This document shows, piece after piece, positions 26,954-32,000 of a stretch of DNA of 32,000 bases (its first letter is position 1; each line of letters starts with the position of its first letter). Source of the DNA: Candidatus Jordarchaeales archaeon (GTDB taxonomy: Archaea > Asgardarchaeota > Jordiarchaeia > Jordiarchaeales > Freyrarchaeaceae); NCBI GenBank assembly GCA_038889235.1, contig JAWAHN010000001.1, positions 814,852-846,851 of the forward strand. The letters run 5' to 3'. The position numbers and the translations under genes are program-made. The notes beneath the pieces are model-generated. The model saw only the letters and a list, made by a program, of their open reading frames with translations, was not told the origin of the DNA and did not search any database.

Positions 26954-27088
26954 ATGGATAAAAAATGTGTTAAGTGTGGTGCGTCTCAAGTTGAAGTTTT
27001 GTTGAAACAACCTGTACATGCTGGTTTTGAATACACCTATAAGTGTTTAGTATGCCATCATACTTGGAAGGAGAAGAAGCGTTTCTAG
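26954..27088 (+). CDS. small zinc-ribbon protein (44 aa), hypothetical
   Basis: My own translation: MDKKCVKCGASQVEVLLKQPVHAGFEYTYKCLVCHHTWKEKKRF*, with two CxxC pairs. Purine-rich aaaggaaagg lies upstream. The 3' end overlaps the pcc1 3' end by 4 nt (convergent). Confidence 0.4.
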   Translation: MDKKCVKCGASQVEVLLKQPVHAGFEYTYKCLVCHHTWKEKKRF

Positions 27089-27336
27089 GCTTTTTGTACT
27101 GTTGAAGAAACGTCTTCTATAATCTTCATACTTGCAAGTATGTCGTCGAGTGTCGATAATAGTGTGCTGATGCTGCCCGTGTACTCAAGAAAGATTAGTA
27201 ATTTGTTTTCGTTTCTTTCCATGCTGAGCTTCATGTTTTTAGGTAGGGGGGCGTTATCAGGTGAAAGAGTTTTTAGTGTAACTTCGGCTTCGAATGAGGA
27301 CGAAAACTCAACTTCAATGACTACCTTAGCATTCAT
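27085..27336 (-). CDS. pcc1: KEOPS complex subunit Pcc1
   Basis: 83 aa. VVIEVEFSSSFEAEVTLKTLSPDNAPLP...LLIFLEYTGSISTLLSTLDDILASMKIIED fits the Pcc1/CTAG pattern and size. Confidence 0.6.
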   Translation of the reverse strand: MNAKVVIEVEFSSSFEAEVTLKTLSPDNAPLPKNMKLSMERNENKLLIFLEYTGSISTLLSTLDDILASMKIIEDVSSTVQKA

Positions 27337-27352
27337 ATCATTACATCCGCTC

Positions 27353-28762
27353 CTACAATCCTGCTAATTCCGCACTTAGAACTTCGATGAATTCGTTTTC
27401 TTTGCCAGCGGGGATGTAGGCTCCAGCAGCAAGATCGTGTCCTCCCGCAACTAAGTTTAACCCCATTTTACTTGCAATATGCTTCATCAGCTCGCCTAGG
27501 TTTACTTCTTTTTTAATTTCTGGTCCTAAACGAGCGGAAACTTTAACCGCTCCTTCTTCTTCGGAATATGCAAAACCAACTATTACCTTGTCTCTATACA
27601 TTTTTGAGGAAGAAAGTATTGAAGTTATTGTTCCAACTATCCGTTCATCTATGTAGCGTCCTCCATTAAACCAGCAGACATCGCCTTTGACATTTATATT
27701 GCCTTCTCCAAGCCAGTTCATGTATTCCGCTATCTTTGCCCGGTATTCCCCAGCCACCTTAATGGCTTCCTCAGAGAATTTTTTGTCACCCAGACATATC
27801 GCCAGTCCTAAACCGGCTTTTCCCGTGCGTCCACAAGCATTTAAAAGGAAGGCGAATTCTCTAGCGTCTCTTACAGGGGTTCCAAGGCGCTCATTGGCTA
27901 GTACGTAGACTGTCCCTACAATGCTCTGCGCTTCTTCCGCACTCATCCCACCGGGACCAAGCATATATTTTACCAGTTCTGAGACTAGAACCGACTTTTC
28001 TTGCTGCGAAAGATCCGATATGGTCCTCCACTTCTCTCCAACCTTTAGTGGAATCTTGACCCGCTCGTTAAGGAACTTTACGCAGGCAGCGTGGTTTCCT
28101 GAGAGCCCGGGTATAAACGGGTCCATCGTGTATTCAAGGGCGACAGGTATGGGGCGGAACTCGCGCCCAAAAAACATCAAGTCTTTAACTTCTTTCAATA
28201 CGCCGACATCAACACCATCTTTTACTATTTCAGCGTTTAAACCAGTTAAGCTTCTCGCTTCGCCCTTATCTTGCCGGTCGCCAAGCGCACCCACCACTGC
28301 TAAAGCTGATAAGTCTCTATTTGAGACATCAACTTCCTTAGCTACCAGGTATGCCATCCCGGCACCGCTGACGTCAATACTTCCATCCACTCCGAATAAA
28401 TGAGGGTTCAAGTGCATGAAATTCACTGTACCAGCCACTTCTTCTGGAGGGTGATGATCTATGACTATGAAGTCCTCCTTGAAAACTTCCTTTAAAATGC
28501 GCAGCTGCCCGCTACCTAAGTCCGTAAACACAAAAATTCTCTCCCTCTTTGGAAGAGAGGCTAAAGCTCGCTCGCTGAGTTGGTGCACGATCCTAACATG
28601 GAACCTAGCATTAAGTCTTTTGAGCATTTTTGAAATGATGCCAGCCGCCGCTAGCCCGTCAGCATCCAAGTGAGATACTACCTGAAATATGCTCGAACCT
28701 GCTTTTTTAACTAAAAAATCGGCGACGCTTTTAGCTGAGTCAATAAGTTGTTGAAGGGACAA
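27353..28762 (-). CDS. DHH/DHHA1 phosphoesterase, archaeal RecJ/Cdc45 (GAN)-like
   Basis: HLDADGLAAAG (motifs I-II), FIVIDHHPP (DHH) and GGHDLAAGA (DHHA1 GGH). 469 aa. Adjacent to rps15. Confidence 0.8.
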   Translation of the reverse strand: MSLQQLIDSAKSVADFLVKKAGSSIFQVVSHLDADGLAAAGIISKMLKRLNARFHVRIVHQLSERALASLPKRERIFVFTDLGSGQLRILKEVFKEDFIVIDHHPPEEVAGTVNFMHLNPHLFGVDGSIDVSGAGMAYLVAKEVDVSNRDLSALAVVGALGDRQDKGEARSLTGLNAEIVKDGVDVGVLKEVKDLMFFGREFRPIPVALEYTMDPFIPGLSGNHAACVKFLNERVKIPLKVGEKWRTISDLSQQEKSVLVSELVKYMLGPGGMSAEEAQSIVGTVYVLANERLGTPVRDAREFAFLLNACGRTGKAGLGLAICLGDKKFSEEAIKVAGEYRAKIAEYMNWLGEGNINVKGDVCWFNGGRYIDERIVGTITSILSSSKMYRDKVIVGFAYSEEEGAVKVSARLGPEIKKEVNLGELMKHIASKMGLNLVAGGHDLAAGAYIPAGKENEFIEVLSAELAGL

Positions 28763-28787
28763 AGTTTCAAGGTCACCCTTTTTCTCA

Positions 28788-29246
28788 TTACTGCCTTACC
28801 AACATGGCTGCTTTCTCGGGGTCATACTTCCAGTCTGGAGGAAGTATACCAGTCCTCTTGTAGTATTTAACCAGCCTGTGGATTTTTGACTCCACGAGCT
28901 GCAGTCCTCTTCGTGAGTGCAGGTCCTTCCTATGTTCTTCAAGGTGGCGTCTGATCCTCAGAGCCCGCCGGATTAAGTTCATAAGGTCTTCGGGTAGGGG
29001 TGGAGCGAGGCCATGCTCCTTCAGAATTTGCGTGATTTTTTTCCCAACTATTGGTTTAACTAGTGGGACGCCATACTGGTCTCTCAATATTATTCCGATC
29101 ATTGATGGCGGGTAACCGTTCCTAGCTAGTTCTACTACTTTGTCGACAACCCATTCCGGCGTTTTATCGAACCATTCTGGCGGTCTTTTGACCGGCGGGC
29201 GCTTGGATGATGATTTACCCCTCTTCCTTGCGTGCATTCTTGCCAT
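28788..29246 (-). CDS. rps15: 30S ribosomal protein S15 (uS15/S13e)
   Basis: [17 protein letters not shown]...[11 protein letters not shown]...[30 protein letters not shown]. Confidence 0.94.
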   Translation of the reverse strand: MARMHARKRGKSSSKRPPVKRPPEWFDKTPEWVVDKVVELARNGYPPSMIGIILRDQYGVPLVKPIVGKKITQILKEHGLAPPLPEDLMNLIRRALRIRRHLEEHRKDLHSRRGLQLVESKIHRLVKYYKRTGILPPDWKYDPEKAAMLVRQ

Positions 29247-29306
29247 ACTTAGAACCCCTTCTCAACACTCTTTAGATAGCTGGAAGCAAATAAAGAGAGC
29301 ATGGTT

Positions 29307-29885
29307 TTAAATAATTTTCGTGGAGGATAACCATTCTGCGAGCTTTCTGAGAGCCTTCGCCCTATGTGATAGTGCGTTCTTTTCTTCTATGCTGAGCTCG
29401 GCAAAACTTCTTCCATCTCCCTCACTTGGTATGAATATCGGGTCAAACCCAAAACCAAGGTTACCCTTAACTTCATGGGAGATGAATCCCGAGGTGCGTC
29501 CTTCAAATGTTAACACTTCCCCTCCATCCGTGAACGCTACGACAGAGACAAATTCAGCCCGCCTGTTTCTGACGTCTTTCATGAGCTTCAAAATACCTTC
29601 GCAACCTATCTTGCTGAAAACGTATGAGGAGTAAGGTCCGGGGAATCCTTTGAGCGCCTCTATAAAGAGGCCAGCGTCCTCAACGAAAAACGGACACTCG
29701 GGTTTCATCTCTGACATAATCCACGTTAGACTCGCCCTAGCTATTTCCTCCAAACTTTCCGATTGTATTTCAAGGCGCTTTACATTCCACTGCTCAACAA
29801 TTATTCCGTATTCAAGGAAAATTCTGCTTGCCTCCTGAAACTTGTTCTTGTTTCCTGTGACGAAAAGAATTCTCATCTTTCCCAA
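29307..29885 (-). CDS. non-canonical purine NTP pyrophosphatase (Ham1/RdgB ITPase family)
   Basis: ILFVTGNKNKFQEA...VEDAGLFIEALKGFPGPYSSY...GFGFDPIFIP...SFAELSIEEKNALSHRAKAL. Confidence 0.88.
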   Translation of the reverse strand: MGKMRILFVTGNKNKFQEASRIFLEYGIIVEQWNVKRLEIQSESLEEIARASLTWIMSEMKPECPFFVEDAGLFIEALKGFPGPYSSYVFSKIGCEGILKLMKDVRNRRAEFVSVVAFTDGGEVLTFEGRTSGFISHEVKGNLGFGFDPIFIPSEGDGRSFAELSIEEKNALSHRAKALRKLAEWLSSTKII

Positions 29886-30508
29886 TAACGCCCCCTCCTT
29901 TCGATCTCAAACATCTTCTCTATGACTTCGTTTGCACCCTCAAAGGCCTCCCTGTATCCTTCGAGGACTGCATTGAAACCCTCCTCGAAGACATCATAGT
30001 GGCTGCTTTCCATTGCACGCTTCATCAAATGAAGATCCACGCCTAGATCTTCGATGTTCTTTGAGAAATCACCCAGACCAAAGTCTATGAGAAAGACTTT
30101 TCCATCACTAACTATCATGTTCGACGTGGTGAGGTCCCCATGGACTATTCCTCCCTTGTGAAGCCTTCCTATTAGAACACCCACTTTACGTAAAAGTTCG
30201 GTTAGCTCTTCACGCGAGAGTTTTCTCTCTCTTATAAGGTCGCTTAGCGTTACCCCCTCAATGCGATCCATTACTATAGAAGTTGACTCGGGATCCACAA
30301 GGTAAACTGTCGGGGTAGGAACCCCAACTTTCTTGGCACTATGGAGTAAGCGTGCTTCACGAAAAACCCTCTGCTTCCTTAAACCGACGTCTAAGTCCTT
30401 AACCCTATACGATTTGGGCCTACGCTCCTTGACAACAACCATGCGGTTTAAAATTGTTTTTAAGAAAAGGTAGGCTTCGGCACCTTTCCTAATAATCATG
30501 ACATTCAC
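29873..30508 (-). CDS. bud32: KEOPS subunit Bud32 (RIO-type atypical kinase)
   Basis: IIRKGAEAYLF...HKGGIVHGDLTTSNMIVSDGKVFLIDFGLG. GTG/ATG start overlapping the kae1 stop. Confidence 0.88.
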   Translation of the reverse strand: MNVMIIRKGAEAYLFLKTILNRMVVVKERRPKSYRVKDLDVGLRKQRVFREARLLHSAKKVGVPTPTVYLVDPESTSIVMDRIEGVTLSDLIRERKLSREELTELLRKVGVLIGRLHKGGIVHGDLTTSNMIVSDGKVFLIDFGLGDFSKNIEDLGVDLHLMKRAMESSHYDVFEEGFNAVLEGYREAFEGANEVIEKMFEIERRGRYWER

Positions 30509-31562
30509 CCTTCAATCCACGTTACCTGGACTTCATCTAGCCTCCACCTGGGCTTAACGTAGCTCTCTTCGATGCTTAAAGTTCTTCCATAAAGGTACTC
30601 TAATATCCCCGTCCAGGCAATCATGGCTCCATTGTCCCCTGCAAGCTGGTGGGGGACCACGTGAAAGGTGGCATCATGCTCCTCGGCTACCGCCCTGATC
30701 ATCTCCTGCAATCTATTATTCCTACCGACTCCACCAGTTAAGAGCACACTGCTTTTTCGCGTATGAGCCAAAGCTCTCTCAGTAACTTCAGCCAACATTG
30801 AGAAGCAAACTTCTTGTACACTGTAGCATAGGTCTTCGATCTTACAACTACCAATTTTGCCCACCGCGGCGGTGTAGACCCCTGAAAATGAAAGATCCAT
30901 GCCTTTGACGACGTATGGTAGTGGGATAAATGTTTGCCCCCTCCTCGCCAGCTCCTCTATCTTTGGCCCACCTGGATGCTTTAATCCCAAGGCCCTTGCA
31001 AACATGTCCAACATGTTTCCAATTGCTAGGTCTAAGGTCTCACCGAAGACACGGTATTTACCCTTCTCGTAAGCCGCAACTATAGTGTTACCTCCCGACA
31101 CGTAAAGCGTTAATGGGTCATTGACGTTTTCGGTGAGACGGCCTATTTCAATGTGCGCCAGGCAGTGGTTAACCCCAACTAGGGGAACACCTAACAGTAG
31201 CGCCAGTGCTCTAGCTGCCGTCGCCACAGTTCTTAGGCAGGGGCCTTTGGAGGCTTCGCTAACCCCGGCCCCTGGGAGAACGCGACAAGCCCTATTTCTT
31301 TTATATTAATGCCCGCTGTCTCTATAGCGGAAGCTATCACTTGTTTAACGACATTGGAATGGTGTTGCGCAGCCTCTCTGGGGTGGATTCCCCCTTCCAA
31401 GGGGACGTATTCGTCTTTAACGTTCGCTAATATCTCTCCTTCACTGCTTACTATGCCTACACCTAGCGTGTGAGCTGTTCCCTCGATGCCGACGCACAAT
31501 AGGCGGCGGGAGCCTAGTAACTCCCTGACTTTTTTCAGAGTAACGTTGTTATTCGCTTTCAT
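30505..31562 (-). CDS. kae1: tRNA N6-adenosine threonylcarbamoyltransferase Kae1 (KEOPS catalytic subunit), interrupted by a 14-nt BHB intron: complement(join(30505..31246,31261..31562))
   Basis: Two ORF-track pieces lie in different frames: ...[16 protein letters not shown]...HPREAAQHH...[17 protein letters not shown] and (V)[28 protein letters not shown]...GDNGAMIAW.... The splice gives FSQGPGL|[15 protein letters not shown], the canonical Kae1/TsaD motif, and a 347-aa product. The true start may be the internal TTG just before CVGIEGTA. Confidence 0.85.
31247..31260 (-). other. BHB mini-intron in kae1 (14 nt, sense agcgaagcctccaa)
   Basis: The sense strand reads aggggcc|gggg|tta|gcgaagc|ctcc|aaa|ggcccct. 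The outer 7-bp helix is 31273-31267 with 31245-31239. The central 4-bp helix is 31266-31263 with 31252-31249, with one G.U. The two 3-nt bulges are 31262-31260 and 31248-31246. The inner element is a gc(gaa)gc mini-hairpin. The boundary is ambiguous by 1 nt with an identical product. Confidence 0.8.
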
Positions 31563-31749
31563 CTTCCCTTTCTTTTCCCTCTTTCTTCTTCTCCTTAGTC
31601 TCCCTAACGTATTCCGTATAACCGCACTTGCCGCAGGTGTATCGTCGCCAGTGTTCCGCCATGAACACTCCTGGGCCGCATCTTGGACAGAATTTCTTCA
31701 GCCGAACCAGTTTTCCATCAACAATCTTGTAGTACTTACTAACACTCAC
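31549..31749 (-). CDS. rps27ae: 30S ribosomal protein S27ae (eS31)
   Basis: 66 aa. [43 protein letters not shown]. Confidence 0.9.
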   Translation of the reverse strand: MSVSKYYKIVDGKLVRLKKFCPRCGPGVFMAEHWRRYTCGKCGYTEYVRETKEKKKEGKEREDESE

Positions 31750-31768
31750 GATTACACCTCCTTACGAT

Positions 31769-32000
31769 TTAAGCTGCGCTTTCCCCTTCCTTGCCTAGAT
31801 TGCGCTTAATGATATACTCGGGTTCTATGCTGAGAGCGGCTTCTTTCGAGTCGTAAACCCTGGCTTCACCTTTAGAGCGGCCGATTCCATACTCTGTTAT
31901 TATTTTCCGGACGAACACTTGATCTAGGGAGACGTTGAAGAGAGCGGCTAATTTACGCCTGACCTCCATTCTGGTGGGCGTGCCTTCACCGCCGTGCTCC
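31769..32000 (-). CDS. rps24e: 30S ribosomal protein S24e (eS24), with the 5' end beyond the window
   Basis: The frame stays open upstream of the track's ATG 31969 to the window edge: ...EHGGEGTPTRMEVRRKLAALFNVSLDQVFVRKIITEYGIGRSKGEARVYDSKEAALSIEPEYIIKRN. Confidence 0.88.
   Translation of the reverse strand, partial: EHGGEGTPTRMEVRRKLAALFNVSLDQVFVRKIITEYGIGRSKGEARVYDSKEAALSIEPEYIIKRNLGKEGESAA

Noticed and set aside
31227-31262. The kae1 frame break could be a simple pseudogene, a sequencing indel or a programmed -1 frameshift at cca-aag.
   Set aside because: The extra sequence is exactly 14 nt and sits precisely between the two cut sites of a perfect hBHBh' motif with a 7-bp exon-exon helix. 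Both halves are otherwise intact and conserved, and bud32 is still translationally coupled. A frameshift product would carry a 5-aa insertion (AKPPK) in an invariant motif. Misassembly cannot be fully excluded without the reads.

Overview
Archaeal chromosomal core region, about 44% GC, with Lys/Glu/Ile-rich proteins and crenarchaeal-type (Thermoproteota-like) gene order. I cannot assign a species. The centre is the large ribosomal-protein/secY supercluster: L22-S3-L29-Rpp29-S17-L14-L24-S4e-L5-S14-S8, then L32e-L19e-L18-S5-L30-L15-SecY-Adk-DUF106-L34e-Cmk-L14e-Cbf5-L44e-S27e-aIF2alpha. The left flank holds a wHTH-PfkB kinase, an MptD-like aldolase, a PurM-like protein, RadA, DUF447, a Roadblock protein and a UbiA prenyltransferase. 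The right flank holds Nop10, AglB, S3Ae, Pcc1, a RecJ/Cdc45-like DHH protein, S15, an ITPase, Bud32, Kae1, S27ae and S24e. I found no tRNA or rRNA genes, CRISPR arrays or mobile elements. The main result is that three protein-coding genes have reading frames broken inside highly conserved motifs. In each case the break coincides with a bulge-helix-bulge (BHB) motif of the kind cut by the archaeal tRNA-splicing endonuclease, and removing the predicted mini-intron restores the consensus protein exactly. The three are cbf5 (29 nt, a known class), rpl44e (29 nt) and kae1 (14 nt). I do not know of prior descriptions for the last two. Secondary observations: rpl6 plus an unknown gene are inverted inside the spc cluster, nop10 is inverted relative to aIF2alpha, L32e carries a C-terminal HhH extension, and SecY is unusually long.
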